Shown: in pieces, positions 19,606 to 30,400 of the stretch | How the letters are laid out: every line of letters starts with the position of its first letter | How positions within the stretch are numbered: the stretch's first letter is position 1 | Translations under genes and position numbers: made by a program | Assembly: GCA_027320085.1 (NCBI GenBank) | Contig: DAHVLZ010000005.1 | Coordinates: forward strand, 1 to 64,000 | Direction of reading: 5' to 3' | Source: Pseudomonadota bacterium | GTDB taxonomy: Bacteria > Pseudomonadota > Gammaproteobacteria > JAKAQQ01 | DNA: 64,000 nucleotides | Notes under the pieces: generated by a model | What the model saw: only the letters and a program-made list of their open reading frames with translations | Database searches by the model: none | Told to the model about the DNA's origin: nothing

Positions 19606-20367
19606 TCAGTGATGGGCTCCGCTGCAGCGGACCTGCGCCGCGAGCGCCACCTGCACCCGGAGCGAGTGATGGAGGCCCGGGAGAGGAGCGGATACCGGAT
19701 TGGCCACTCCCGCGAAGCTGACGAAGGGTCGCGGCCCGGAAGAATGCCCCACTCGGGTGATCCGGATGTCGAGGAGGTGAGCCCGCGTGTCCCCGAGTGC
19801 GGTGCACGCTTGACGGGCCAGGCCGGCCAGTTCATGGAGTCCCCTGAGCATGAGCCCATGGCGGACCTTCTCACTGCCGGCCGGTTGGTACCGGATGTCG
19901 GAAACCACGAGCCGTTTCTCGAGACGCGTGAGCAGGGCCCCCATCCGTGTGCCGTTCGCGGATTCCAGCGTGAGAACATCGGTGGTCTGCCACTCTGTGA
20001 TTTGTCCGTGCGCCCAGGCCACCGGCCGGGAGGTGATCCCGCTCGTGTGAAAATGAAGCCAAGCTCTTCCCAGATGCCGGATCGTGTCGACCGCCCAGAC
20101 GAACTTGCGGTTCGCAAGGTTTTCGGCCTCCACGGGATTTCCCGCGCGACCGGAGGCATGGAGGTCCACCCGCATGCTGGAGTGGATCCGGGTTGTGACA
20201 TGGATTGAAAAGTGGAGGAGCACTCCCTTTCCGGAGGCTTTGGAGACGGCCGCCCCCGCCACCGGAATGAGGAAAAACGCGGACAGGAAGGCGGACAAAA
20301 GCAGGCACCGCACCCTCCGGCCCGTCGCCGTGCGCCGCCCGAGACTCCCGGCCCGATCCCATCCCAT
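19606..20367 (-). CDS. SIMPL (DUF541)-like periplasmic protein (start uncertain)
   Basis: Signal-like LLLSAFLSAFFLIPVAGA; MRVDLHASGRAGNPVEAENLAN...WA, ITEWQTTDVLTLES, QACTALG. Confidence 0.6.
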   Translation of the reverse strand: MGWDRAGSLGRRTATGRRVRCLLLSAFLSAFFLIPVAGAAVSKASGKGVLLHFSIHVTTRIHSSMRVDLHASGRAGNPVEAENLANRKFVWAVDTIRHLGRAWLHFHTSGITSRPVAWAHGQITEWQTTDVLTLESANGTRMGALLTRLEKRLVVSDIRYQPAGSEKVRHGLMLRGLHELAGLARQACTALGDTRAHLLDIRITRVGHSSGPRPFVSFAGVANPVSAPLPGLHHSLRVQVALAAQVRCSGAHH

Positions 20368-20572
20368 GGTCCCAGTCTAGCCGATTCCACATCCTGAAAC
20401 ACGACCCGCGCAGGCTTCGCGCAATTTTTGCCCTTTCCTGTCCGGATTTTTGTAGTCCTTATTTAGGAACGGGGCGGGCTAATTTTCAAATTACTGATTT
20501 ACAAAAGAAAAAATAAAATAACCCCGAGCCTTGCCCCAATCGGGGTGGATTCCCGTTTCAAGGACTTGCGCT

Positions 20573-20597
20573 GTGGTAAAAAGTGGTAAAAACTGGG
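20573..20597 (+). promoter_or_regulatory. MraZ-binding direct repeats in the dcw promoter
   Basis: GTGGT-AAAAA-GTGGT-AAAAA-CTGGG with 10-bp period upstream of mraZ. Confidence 0.7.
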
Positions 20598-20622
20598 CGC
20601 AGAAGATCTCAGGAGCCGGCTT

Positions 20623-21078
20623 TTGTATCGGGGTGTCAATCAGGTTGCGCTGGACGAGAAGGGGCGGTTTTCGATCCCGACCCGTTACCGTCGGATTCTG
20701 GCCGAGGCCTGTAGCGGTCATTTCGTGTTCACGGTCGATCGTGACGAGTGCCTTTTGCTCTACCCCCAACCCGAGTGGGAGGCCGTCGAAAGCCAGCTCG
20801 CGAACCTGCCCAATCTCGCTCCCCAGACCCGACACCTGCAACGACTGCTCCTCGGTCATGCCACGGAGGTGAGCATGGATTCCCATGGACGTCTCCTGGT
20901 TCCCCCGCCGTTGCGCGCCTTTGCCCGGCTGGACCATCGCACGGTCCTGATCGGTCAGGGCAACAAATTCGAGCTGTGGGACGAGACGCGATGGGATGAT
21001 CACCGCCGGATCTGGCTCGCCGAGGCGCCGGAAGCGGGATCCGAACTCCCCACCGAACTGCTCAACCTCCGGCTATGA
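20623..21078 (+). CDS. mraZ: Transcriptional regulator MraZ
   Basis: LDEKGRFSIP, LLYPQPEW, MDSHGRLLVP, IGQGNKFELWD. Confidence 0.95.
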   Translation: MYRGVNQVALDEKGRFSIPTRYRRILAEACSGHFVFTVDRDECLLLYPQPEWEAVESQLANLPNLAPQTRHLQRLLLGHATEVSMDSHGRLLVPPPLRAFARLDHRTVLIGQGNKFELWDETRWDDHRRIWLAEAPEAGSELPTELLNLRL

Positions 21079-21090
21079 GGCAAGAGGCGC

Positions 21091-21987
21091 ATGGAGACCC
21101 CGCATGTTCCGGTCCTCGCCGACGAGGTGGTCCGCTGGCTCGTGCAAGAGCCCAACGGCATCTATGTCGATGCCACCTACGGCCGGGGCGGCCATGCCCG
21201 GATCCTCCTGGGATCCCTGGGACCGGCCGGGCACCTCATCGTGGCCGACCGCGATCCCGAGGCTGTGGCCCATGCCCGGTGCGAACTGGGTGCCGAGAGG
21301 CGGTGCTCGATCTGCGAAGGGCGGTTCTCGCAGCTCGGGCACTGGCTCCAGGCTGAACACGTGACCGGCCAGGTGGATGGGATCCTGTTCGACCTCGGTG
21401 TCTCCTCTCCGCAACTCGATGATCCCCGTCGCGGCTTTTCATTCCAGTCCGAAGGTCCTCTCGACATGCGGATGGAGGCCGTGGGTGTGACCGCCGCCGA
21501 GTGGCTCATGCGGACCCCCGTGCCGGAAATCGAACGTGTGCTCGCCGAGTGGGGAGAGGAGCGCTATGCGCGGCGCATTGCCCGGGCCATCGGCGAGGAA
21601 CGGCGCCGGTCCGGATCCTGGACCACCCGCCGGCTCGCGGATCTCGTGGGCCGTGTGGTGCCGCACCACGAGCGGCGCCGGCACCCGGCGACCCGGACGT
21701 TTCTGGCCTTGCGCATCGCGGTCAACCACGAACTCGATGAACTCCGTTCGGCCCTGCCCCAGGCGGCCCGGGCGCTGCGTCCGGGCGGCCGTCTCGCTGT
21801 CCTGAGCTTTCATTCACTGGAGGACCGGATCGTCAAGCGCTTCATGAAGGGAACCCACCGTCCCTCACCGGATCCCGCCCCCGCCCTGCGCCCGCTCATG
21901 GATCCCCTTCGTCCGACCCCGGCCGAGTGTCGGACCAATCCCCGTGCCCGCAGTGCGCTCCTGCGGGTGGCCGAGCGGCTCCCGTGA
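21091..21987 (+). CDS. rsmH: 16S rRNA m4C1402 methyltransferase
   Basis: HVPVL, VDATYGRGGH, DLGVSSPQLD, GPLDMRM, SFHSLEDRIVK, NPRARSA. Confidence 0.96.
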   Translation: METPHVPVLADEVVRWLVQEPNGIYVDATYGRGGHARILLGSLGPAGHLIVADRDPEAVAHARCELGAERRCSICEGRFSQLGHWLQAEHVTGQVDGILFDLGVSSPQLDDPRRGFSFQSEGPLDMRMEAVGVTAAEWLMRTPVPEIERVLAEWGEERYARRIARAIGEERRRSGSWTTRRLADLVGRVVPHHERRRHPATRTFLALRIAVNHELDELRSALPQAARALRPGGRLAVLSFHSLEDRIVKRFMKGTHRPSPDPAPALRPLMDPLRPTPAECRTNPRARSALLRVAERLP

Positions 21988-22256
21988 CGGTGCCCCGACT
22001 CGTCACCGCCGCGCTCGCGCTCCTGCTTTTGGCCAGCGCGCTTCTCGTGGTCCAGGCGACCTACGAGCACCGGAGCCGGCTGGCCCGCCTGTTCCAGTTG
22101 AAAAGCGTCCACCACATCGGGGAAGCCCGACGCATGCAGCTCCTCTTGCAGCAGGGCACGCTCACCAACCATGCGCGCATCGCCCGTCTGGCCCGTCTCA
22201 AGTTCGGCATGCATCCCCCCCATCACGTCCAGCTCATCATCGTGGGGCACCGGTGA
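21984..22256 (+). CDS. ftsL: Cell division protein FtsL
   Basis: Single TM helix plus coiled coil, HARIARLARLKFGM; position between rsmH and ftsI. Confidence 0.85.
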   Translation: MTVPRLVTAALALLLLASALLVVQATYEHRSRLARLFQLKSVHHIGEARRMQLLLQQGTLTNHARIARLARLKFGMHPPHHVQLIIVGHR

Positions 22257-23968
22257 AAACATCGCCGCCCCCGCAACCGGGCCTCCTGCGCTGGCTCTGC
22301 GTGGTCGGGCTGTTCGCCCTGGCCACGGGCGGACTCTTTCTCCGGGCCGCCTGGCTCGACGGCGCGGATCGCCGGTTCCTGCTGCGGCAGGCCATGAACC
22401 GGTCGCTCCGGATCCTGACGCTCCCGGCCCATCGCGGCATGATCGTGGACCGCAACGGTCACCCGCTGGCGGTGAGCGCTCCGGTGGACGACCTCTGCCT
22501 CGATCCGCGGGTGTTCATCCACGAGCAGGCGGACTGGCCACGGCTCGCGGGACTGCTCGGCTGGCCGGAATCGCGCCTGGCCCAGAAGGTCGACTCCGCC
22601 CGGCACCTCTATTTCCTCTACCTCCGGCGGGACATGGACCCCTTTGAGGCCGAGACCCTCCTGAACCAGGGCATTCCCGGGGTTTTTCTCGTTCCGGCCG
22701 ACCAGCGTTTCTATCCCGCGGGGGCGATCGCCTCCCAGCTCGTCGGCTATACCAACATTGATGACCACGGGGCGGGCGGTCTCGAGCTCGAGTTCAACCG
22801 CTGGCTCGAGGGCCATGACGGGCGCATGGAGGTGATCCAGAACGGCTTGGGCCAGACCGTGAGTGTGGCACGGCTCATGCGCCGACCGGACCCCGGGCAC
22901 CGCTTGCGGACCAGTATCGACCTGAGGCTCCAGTACCTGGCGTACCGGGCCTTGCACCGGGAGATCCGGAAGGAGGGGGCCCGCTCCGGTTCGGTGGTCG
23001 TGGTCAGTCCGCAGACCGGCGAGATCCTGGCCATGGTGAGCCTGCCGTCCTTCAATCCGAACAACCGGGCGGACTACCTTCCGGACGACATGCGGGCGCG
23101 GGCTGCGACCGACATGTTCGAACCCGGTTCGTCCTTCAAACCGTTCACCATTTCCGCCGCCCTGGCGAGCGGCCGCTATGAGCCCTGGAGTCTCATCAAT
23201 ACCGGGGGCGGGGTGTTCCGGGTCGGCAACTACACCATCCGCGACGATGCCGACTGGGGAACCATCGATCTCACCACGCTGCTCGAAAAATCAAGCAACG
23301 TCGGGGCCGCCAAGATCGCCCTCTCGCTGCCGCGCCATTTCCTCTGGCAGGCCTACCGCGATTTCGGATTCGGGCAGACCACGGGAACGGGATTTCCCGG
23401 CGAGGCTTCGGGTATCCTGCACCGCTGGTTCGAATGGCCGCCCGCCGCGCATGCGGCCATCGCCTACGGATACGGCGTCTCGGTGACGGTGCTTCAGCTG
23501 GCGCGCGCCTACTCGGTTTTGGCCGACGGCGGGATCCGCCGGCCGCTCACTTTTCTTGCGCTGAGGCGCCCCCCGCGGGGCCACCGCGTGATCAGCTCCC
23601 GTCTCGCACGCACCCTGCGGACCATGCTCGAGACCGTGGTCTCCCCGGCCGGTACGGGATTCCTCGCCCAGATTCCTTACTACCGGGTGGCCGGAAAGAC
23701 GGGCACGGCGCGTCTTTTCATCCACGGCCACTACTCGCGCCGGGTTTACAACTCGGTCTTTGCGGGCATGGCACCGGCCGGTCATCCGCGTTTTGTCGTG
23801 ATCGTGATCGTCAAGCACGCGCTCAAGGCCTACTTCGGCGGACTGATCGCCGCACCGGTCTTCGCGAAGGTGATGCAGAGTGCGCTCCGGCTCTACGGGG
23901 TTTCACCCTCCCACTGGCCGAAGCGGACCCCCCCCATCCTTTTGTCGTCCGCAAGACCGGTGACCTGA
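22253..23968 (+). CDS. ftsI: Penicillin-binding protein 3
   Basis: RGMIVDRNG, FEPGSSFK (SxxK), SSN, KTGTA. Confidence 0.95.
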   Translation: MKTSPPPQPGLLRWLCVVGLFALATGGLFLRAAWLDGADRRFLLRQAMNRSLRILTLPAHRGMIVDRNGHPLAVSAPVDDLCLDPRVFIHEQADWPRLAGLLGWPESRLAQKVDSARHLYFLYLRRDMDPFEAETLLNQGIPGVFLVPADQRFYPAGAIASQLVGYTNIDDHGAGGLELEFNRWLEGHDGRMEVIQNGLGQTVSVARLMRRPDPGHRLRTSIDLRLQYLAYRALHREIRKEGARSGSVVVVSPQTGEILAMVSLPSFNPNNRADYLPDDMRARAATDMFEPGSSFKPFTISAALASGRYEPWSLINTGGGVFRVGNYTIRDDADWGTIDLTTLLEKSSNVGAAKIALSLPRHFLWQAYRDFGFGQTTGTGFPGEASGILHRWFEWPPAAHAAIAYGYGVSVTVLQLARAYSVLADGGIRRPLTFLALRRPPRGHRVISSRLARTLRTMLETVVSPAGTGFLAQIPYYRVAGKTGTARLFIHGHYSRRVYNSVFAGMAPAGHPRFVVIVIVKHALKAYFGGLIAAPVFAKVMQSALRLYGVSPSHWPKRTPPILLSSARPVT

Positions 23969-23969
23969 G

Positions 23970-25454
23970 ATGCCACTCCCCCGGCTGATCGACTGTCTGG
24001 ACGGGTTCACGAGGGACCCCCTCCCCGACCTCACGGTGGCCGGGCTGTCCCTGGACAGCCGGTCGGTCGGCCCCGGGTCGGTTTTCCTCGCGGTGCAGGG
24101 CAGCCGCGAGCATGGCTTGGCGTATCTCACCGAGGCCCGTGCCCGGGGAGCCGTGGCCGTGGTGTACGAGCCGGTCCCGGGGCAGGAGCGCCCCTCCGGT
24201 TTGCCGGCGCTCGCGGTGGAAGGACTCGGTCGTCACGTGGGTGAGATCGCCGCCCGCTTCTACGGGCATCCGAGTTCGGCGCTCTGGCTCGCGGCCGTGA
24301 CCGGGACCAATGGCAAAACCTCGGTCGCCTGGTTTCTGGCCCAGGCACTCGAGGCATTCGGCGTCCGTTCGGCCTATCTCGGTACGCTGGGTGCCGGCCC
24401 GGTGGGCCGGCTTGAGCCGCACGACCGGACGACGCCGGATCCGGTTTTCCTGCAGGCCACCTGGGCCCTCTGGCGCGATCAGGGCCTTGAGGCCGTGGCC
24501 CTCGAGGCGTCCTCCCATGCCCTGGACCAGGGCCGGCTGGCCGGAACCCGCCTCGATCTCGGGCTCTTCACGAATCTCACCCCGGAGCATCTGGATTACC
24601 ACCGGGATCTGGCGGCGTATCGCGCGGCCAAATCGCGCCTGTTCACGGACTTCCCCCTGCGCGGAGCCGTCTTCAACGTGGGCGATGAAACGGGAGGCGA
24701 GTGGGCCCGGACACCCCTCGGCCCCGAGCGCCGGCTTCGCGTGGCGTGCGATCCGGAACCCGGGTTGGCGGTGGATCTCTCGATCTGCCGGGGAATCCGC
24801 CAATCGCCGGAGGGACTCAGTTTTGATCTGGCCGAAGGCCCGCGGACGGTCCGGGTCACAACCACCCTGTGGGGACGTTTCCACCTGGAGAACCTGCTCG
24901 TCGTCGCGGGCGCCCTGCGCCTCAGGGGCTTCGGTCTGGCCGAGATTGCCGCGCAACTGGGCCAGCTGCGTGCGCCGCCCGGCCGGTTCGAGCGCTTTGA
25001 GGCGCTGGGACGACCGCTCGTGATCGTCGACTACGCGCATACCGAAGATGCCCTCCTCAAGGCACTCACGTCACTGCGGGGATATGTGTCAGGTCCCCTC
25101 ACGGTCGTTTTCGGGTGTGGTGGCAACCGGGACCCGTACAAGCGTCCGGTCATGGGACGGGTCGCGGCAGCCCATGCCCAAAGGATCATCGTGACCGACG
25201 ACAACCCGCGGGAGGAATCACCGGAGGCCATCGCGGCCGAGATCACCCGCGGGGTGCCTCAGGGGCACTGGCTCCGCGTCGAGCACGATCGCCGGGAAGC
25301 CATCCGGCTGGCGCTCGCCGTCACGGATCCGACCGGAGCCGTGCTCGTGGCCGGCAAGGGACATGAGACGGTCCAGGTCGTGGACGGGCGGGAATTCCCC
25401 TGTTCCGACCGGAAAAACGTGAGCGAGCTGCTCTACGGGGAGGGTCGGCCATGA
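23970..25454 (+). CDS. murE: UDP-MurNAc-tripeptide synthetase
   Basis: VTGTNGKTS, EASSHALDQ, VDYAHT, DDNPR, AGKGHE. Confidence 0.96.
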   Translation: MPLPRLIDCLDGFTRDPLPDLTVAGLSLDSRSVGPGSVFLAVQGSREHGLAYLTEARARGAVAVVYEPVPGQERPSGLPALAVEGLGRHVGEIAARFYGHPSSALWLAAVTGTNGKTSVAWFLAQALEAFGVRSAYLGTLGAGPVGRLEPHDRTTPDPVFLQATWALWRDQGLEAVALEASSHALDQGRLAGTRLDLGLFTNLTPEHLDYHRDLAAYRAAKSRLFTDFPLRGAVFNVGDETGGEWARTPLGPERRLRVACDPEPGLAVDLSICRGIRQSPEGLSFDLAEGPRTVRVTTTLWGRFHLENLLVVAGALRLRGFGLAEIAAQLGQLRAPPGRFERFEALGRPLVIVDYAHTEDALLKALTSLRGYVSGPLTVVFGCGGNRDPYKRPVMGRVAAAHAQRIIVTDDNPREESPEAIAAEITRGVPQGHWLRVEHDRREAIRLALAVTDPTGAVLVAGKGHETVQVVDGREFPCSDRKNVSELLYGEGRP

Positions 25455-26839
25455 TGGAATGGCCGCTGTCCGAGATCGCCCGCTTGACCTCCGGCCGGTT
25501 ACTGGGATCGGATGGACGGTGCCGGGGGATCTCGATCGACAGCCGCACCCTGGTCCCCGGCAACCTGTTTGTCGCGCTCGGCGGTCGTGCGGCCGATGGG
25601 CATGACTTTGCGGCGCCGGCGCTGGCGGATGGGGCGGGCGGGGTTCTCATCGCCGAACGGGCCGGGCTCACCCTGGAGCCGGCGGTTGTGGTTCGGGATC
25701 CGCTTGAGGCCATGGGCGAACTGGCCCGGGCCTGGCGCCGGGGGCTCCGGGCACCGGTTGCCGCCATCACCGGATCCAATGGCAAGACCACGGTCAAGGA
25801 AATGCTGGTCGCGATCCTCGAGACCCGGGGCCGGGTGCTTGCCACCGCGGGCAACTACAACAACCAGATCGGTGTCCCGCTCACCCTGCTCAACGGGGAG
25901 GAGGCGCCGGATTTTGTCGTTCTCGAGTTCGGAACCAGCCGGCCGGGCGAGATTGCCTGGCTCGGTGCGCTCGCGAAACCCGACCTCGCGCTCGTGACCA
26001 ACGCGCAGGCGGCCCACCTCGAGGGGCTGGGCACGATCGAGGCGGTGGCCCGGGAGAAGGGATCCCTGTACGAGGCATTGGCGCCGGAGGGTGTGGCCAT
26101 CCTGCCCGAGGAAGACCCGCAGGCTCCCGGATGGCGCCGCCGGATCGGGCCTCGAACGCTTTTGAGCTTCGGTTGGGAGCGGGGGGATTTTCACTTCGCA
26201 GCCCCGCCCCGCTGGCGGCGGGAGGACGGCTGCTGGGAAGGGCGGGTCTCGACTCCCGGGTCCTCCTGCCCCCTCACGCTGCACCTGCTCGGTCGGCACA
26301 ATCTCTTGAACGCACTGGCTGCCACGGCTGCGGCCGCCGCCTGGCATGTCCCGCCGGAACAGAGCCTGGAGGCCCTGGGCCGGTTTTCGGGGGTGCCGCA
26401 TCGGCTCGAACTCCGCCCGGGACCCGGACAGAACCGGGTTCTCGACGATTCCTACAACGCGAACCCCCATTCCCTCCTGGCCGGCATCGAGAGCGCGCTC
26501 ACCCTGGGGATGCCGGTCTGGCTTGCGCTCGGAGAGCTGGCCGAACTGGGGCCGGGGGGGGCGGAGTGGCATGACCGGCTCGGACGCGAGGCCCGTCGCC
26601 TCGGTGTGGACCGGGTCTATGCCACGGGCGGACTCATGCAGTCCTTCGTCCAGGCCTTTGGTCCGGCGGACGGGGGATGGTTCGCGGATGCGGACTCGCT
26701 GATCCGGGTCCTGATGCGGGATCTCGAGGGTCGGGCGGCCCTGGTCCTGGTCAAGGGCTCGCGCAGCGCCCGGATGGAGCGGGTCGCCGACGCACTGGGC
26801 CGACCCACGGGGAGGGGCGATGCTCGTCTGGTTCACTGA
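25451..26839 (+). CDS. murF: UDP-MurNAc-pentapeptide synthetase
   Basis: [34 protein letters not shown]. Confidence 0.96.
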   Translation: MMEWPLSEIARLTSGRLLGSDGRCRGISIDSRTLVPGNLFVALGGRAADGHDFAAPALADGAGGVLIAERAGLTLEPAVVVRDPLEAMGELARAWRRGLRAPVAAITGSNGKTTVKEMLVAILETRGRVLATAGNYNNQIGVPLTLLNGEEAPDFVVLEFGTSRPGEIAWLGALAKPDLALVTNAQAAHLEGLGTIEAVAREKGSLYEALAPEGVAILPEEDPQAPGWRRRIGPRTLLSFGWERGDFHFAAPPRWRREDGCWEGRVSTPGSSCPLTLHLLGRHNLLNALAATAAAAAWHVPPEQSLEALGRFSGVPHRLELRPGPGQNRVLDDSYNANPHSLLAGIESALTLGMPVWLALGELAELGPGGAEWHDRLGREARRLGVDRVYATGGLMQSFVQAFGPADGGWFADADSLIRVLMRDLEGRAALVLVKGSRSARMERVADALGRPTGRGDARLVH

Positions 26840-27905
26840 CTGGCTCATGCACTGGGTTCCGGGGTTCCGGGTCTTCCATTACCTCACCTTCAGGATCCTT
26901 TTGGCCACCCTCACGTCCCTCAGCCTGAGCCTCTTGATCGGGCCCTGGACGATCCGCCGTCTGGACCGGCTCGGTGTCGGGCAGGTCATCCGGACCCTGG
27001 GTCCCGAACAACACCAGAGCAAGGGGGGCACGCCGACCATGGGGGGCACGCTCATCCTCCTGGCCACCCTTCTCGCCACCTTGCTCTGGGCCAATCCGGG
27101 AAACCGCTACGTGGCGCTCGCGCTTGCAACCCTCTTCATCTTCGGGCTCATCGGCGGGATCGACGACTACCTCAAGCTCGCCCGGCACTCGAGCCGGGGA
27201 CTCCGGGCACGGGATAAATTCCTCTTCCAGGGGCTTGCCGCGCTCGGCATCGTGATCGCGCTCGATCTCACCGACCGGAATCCTTTGGCCAAGACGCTCC
27301 TCATCCCGTTCGTGAAGCATGCGGACGTTCCGCTCGGCACGGCGGGTTTCATTCTCTTGGGCTGGCTCGTGATCGTGGGGACGAGCAATGCCGTCAACCT
27401 GACCGACGGGCTGGATGGACTGGCCATCATGCCGACCGTGCTGGTGGCGGGTGCCCTGTCGGTCTTTGCCTATGTGACCGGCAATTTCAAATTCGCCGCA
27501 TACCTCGAGATTGCCTATCTCCCGCATGTGGGTGCCCTCGCGGTTTTCTGTGCGAGCCTCATGGGCGCGGGTGTCGGTTTTCTCTGGTTCAACACCTATC
27601 CCGCGCAGGTCTTCATGGGCGACGTGGGGGCCCTCGCCCTGGGCGCCGCCCTCGGGATCGTGGCCCTCTCGGTCCGCCAGGAACTCGTGCTCGTGCTCAT
27701 GGGGGGACTCTTCGTCATCGAGACGCTTTCGGTGATCATCCAGGTCGCCTCCTTCAAGCTCACCGGACAGCGGGTCTTCCGCATGGCGCCCCTGCACCAT
27801 CATTTCGAGCTCAAGGGCTGGGCCGAACCCAAGGTGATCGTCCGGTTCTGGATCATCTCCCTCATGCTGGTCCTCCTGGGCCTGGCCACGCTCAAGGTGC
27901 GTTGA
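26820..27905 (+). CDS. mraY: Phospho-MurNAc-pentapeptide transferase
   Basis: [37 protein letters not shown]. Confidence 0.97.
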   Translation: MLVWFTDWLMHWVPGFRVFHYLTFRILLATLTSLSLSLLIGPWTIRRLDRLGVGQVIRTLGPEQHQSKGGTPTMGGTLILLATLLATLLWANPGNRYVALALATLFIFGLIGGIDDYLKLARHSSRGLRARDKFLFQGLAALGIVIALDLTDRNPLAKTLLIPFVKHADVPLGTAGFILLGWLVIVGTSNAVNLTDGLDGLAIMPTVLVAGALSVFAYVTGNFKFAAYLEIAYLPHVGALAVFCASLMGAGVGFLWFNTYPAQVFMGDVGALALGAALGIVALSVRQELVLVLMGGLFVIETLSVIIQVASFKLTGQRVFRMAPLHHHFELKGWAEPKVIVRFWIISLMLVLLGLATLKVR

Positions 27906-27906
27906 G

Positions 27907-29241
27907 ATGGGGGACGGACGGGATCTGGTTCTGGGGTTGGGACGAAGCGGTCGGGCGACGGTCGACTGGCTCTGTGCCCGCCATCGCGAGGTGGTCGCGG
28001 TGGATGATCGCGCGGGACCCTCCCCCGGCGAGGCCGGACCCTCGTCCCCTCCGGGGCTGGAAATCCATTGGGGGGGGGCCGGGGAGGCGGTGCTTGAGGC
28101 CACAACCCGGATCATTCCCTCCCCCGGGGTGGCCGATGACCATCCGCTGCTCGTGGCCGCTCGCCGCCGCGGACTTGAAATCGTGAGTGACGTCGAGTTG
28201 TTCCTGCGCGAATGCGAGACCCCGGTCGCGGCCATTACCGGCACTAACGGCAAGAGCACGGTGACGACGCTCGTGGGCGAGATGGCCCGCCGGGCCGGGC
28301 GCCGGGTCGAATGTGGCGCCAATCTCGGACCCCCGGTCCTGGCCCTTGCGGCAAAGCCCCCGCCCGACCTCTACGTGCTCGAACTGTCGAGCTTCCAGCT
28401 CGCGCGCACGGCTTCGCTCAGGGCCCGGGCGGCGGTCGTGCTCAACATCAGCCCGGACCACCTGGATTGGCATCCGTCGGAAGCGGACTATGTGCGGGCC
28501 AAGGCCGTGATCTATCAGGGAGCGGAAGTCCGGGTCGCCAACCGGGATGATGCGCGGGTCATGGCGCTCCCCGGCCTCGGCCGGCCGGAGTGGACCTTTG
28601 GCGGGCAGGCACCGGTGGCCGATCACGAGTTCGGCATCCATACCGACCGGGGGGGGGCGTCCCTGGGCCGGGGCCGGGACCGTCTCCTGCCGTTGTCGGA
28701 GGTGACCCTGACCGGTCACCACCAGCTCATGAATCTTCTGGCTGCCCTCGCCCTGGGCGAGGGGCTTGGTCTCGACCGCGAGGCGGCAGTGGATGCGGTG
28801 CGGAGCTTCCGCGGTCTGCCGCACCGGCTGGAGTTTGTGGCCGAGGTGGCCCAGGTGCGGTTCTTTGATGACAGCAAGGCCACGAATGTGGGGGCCTCGC
28901 TCGCCGCCGCCCGGAGTTTCGATGCACCCCTCCGACTGATCGCGGGAGGCGTCGGGAAGGGACAGGATTTCGGGCCGTGGGCCACGGGGTTGCCACCCCA
29001 GGTCTCCATGGTTTACCTGATCGGGGAGACTGCCCCCCGCCTGGGACGTCTGCTCGACGGGCGGCGACCCTACCGGATCGTGGGATCGCTCGATGTCGCG
29101 GTCCGGGAGGCCTTCCAGGATGCCCGGCCGGGCGAGGTCGTGCTTCTGGCACCGGCCTGTGCCAGTTTCGACCAGTTCCGGGATTACGCGCACCGGGGGG
29201 AGGTGTTTCAAAAACAGGTGCGGGAGTTGCGTCATGACTGA
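27907..29241 (+). CDS. murD: UDP-MurNAc-L-Ala:D-Glu ligase
   Basis: GLGRSG, ITGTNGKST, ELSSFQL, DDSKATN, APACASFDQF. Confidence 0.96.
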   Translation: MGDGRDLVLGLGRSGRATVDWLCARHREVVAVDDRAGPSPGEAGPSSPPGLEIHWGGAGEAVLEATTRIIPSPGVADDHPLLVAARRRGLEIVSDVELFLRECETPVAAITGTNGKSTVTTLVGEMARRAGRRVECGANLGPPVLALAAKPPPDLYVLELSSFQLARTASLRARAAVVLNISPDHLDWHPSEADYVRAKAVIYQGAEVRVANRDDARVMALPGLGRPEWTFGGQAPVADHEFGIHTDRGGASLGRGRDRLLPLSEVTLTGHHQLMNLLAALALGEGLGLDREAAVDAVRSFRGLPHRLEFVAEVAQVRFFDDSKATNVGASLAAARSFDAPLRLIAGGVGKGQDFGPWATGLPPQVSMVYLIGETAPRLGRLLDGRRPYRIVGSLDVAVREAFQDARPGEVVLLAPACASFDQFRDYAHRGEVFQKQVRELRHD

Positions 29242-30400
29242 CGCCCCGGAACGCCGGGCGATCCGGAGTCCGGACGGGCTGCTGCTCGGCCTGTCCGGGA
29301 CCCTGCTCGGCTTCGGCCTGGTGATGGTTGCCTCGGCTTCGGTGTTCTGGTCGGCGGCCGTCTCGGGCGGGGCCTGGCACGTGTTCGAGCGGCAGCTCCT
29401 GTTTTCGGGCCTGGGCCTGATCGCCGGTTTCGTCGTCCTCAACCTGCCGCTCCGGCTCTTGCTGAGAATGCGCCACCTCGCACTCGTGGGGGCGCTCTCC
29501 CTCCTGGCCCTGGTCCTCGTTCCGGGCGTGGGACGCGCGGTCAACGGATCGATGCGCTGGCTCCCCTTCGGCCTGTTCCGGATGCAGGCCTCGGAGCCGG
29601 CCCTGCTTCTCATCGCCATCTATCTCGCGGGCTACGGGGCCGAGCAGGGCGGCCGGCTGGCGTCCGGACTCGGTGGAGTCGTGGTTCCGCTCCTGCCGGT
29701 GGGACTCGCCGCCGTGCTGCTCCTGCTCGAGCCCGACTTCGGCGGCGCGGGGGTGCTTCTGGCCATGGCCTTCACCGTCTTTTTCCTGGCCGGGGCCCGG
29801 CTTCAGGATCTCCTCGTCCTCTTTCTCGTGGGTTTCGTCGTCATGATCCTGGTGGCGGTGGCGGCCCCGTACCGGGTCATCCGTCTCACCACCTTCCTCG
29901 ATCCCTGGCACCACGCCCAGGGCAGCGGGTACCAGCTCGCGCAGTCCCTGATCGCCATCGGTCACGGCGGCTGGTTCGGGACGGGGCTCGGCCGCGGCAT
30001 CGAAAAACTGTTCTACCTGCCGGAACCCGAATCGGATTTCATTTTCGCGGTGATCGGGGAGGAGCTGGGCTTTGTCGGCATGGTCGCCGTGCTCGTCGGA
30101 TTTGCCGCGCTCACCTTCCGGATCTTCTGGATCGGGCGGAGCGCGGAAAAAACCGGCCGGCGTTTCGAAGGCCTGCTCTGTTACGCGGTCGGATGCTGGA
30201 TCGGCTTCGAAGTGCTGATCAATGCCGGTGTCAACCTGGGTGCCCTGCCGACCAAGGGCATCACCTTGCCCCTCATCTCCGCCGGTGGCTCGAATCTGAT
30301 CATGACGCTGGTCGCTCTCGCACTCGTGCTCAATGTCTCGCTCTGGGTCTCGGCGAACGAACCCCGGTACCGGGCGGGGGGGTGGCGTGAACCGGCCTAG
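29234..30400 (+). CDS. ftsW: SEDS peptidoglycan polymerase FtsW
   Basis: GLVMVASAS, NGSMRW, EPDFG, GYQLAQS, LPTKGITLPLISAGGS. Confidence 0.95.
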   Translation: MTDAPERRAIRSPDGLLLGLSGTLLGFGLVMVASASVFWSAAVSGGAWHVFERQLLFSGLGLIAGFVVLNLPLRLLLRMRHLALVGALSLLALVLVPGVGRAVNGSMRWLPFGLFRMQASEPALLLIAIYLAGYGAEQGGRLASGLGGVVVPLLPVGLAAVLLLLEPDFGGAGVLLAMAFTVFFLAGARLQDLLVLFLVGFVVMILVAVAAPYRVIRLTTFLDPWHHAQGSGYQLAQSLIAIGHGGWFGTGLGRGIEKLFYLPEPESDFIFAVIGEELGFVGMVAVLVGFAALTFRIFWIGRSAEKTGRRFEGLLCYAVGCWIGFEVLINAGVNLGALPTKGITLPLISAGGSNLIMTLVALALVLNVSLWVSANEPRYRAGGWREPA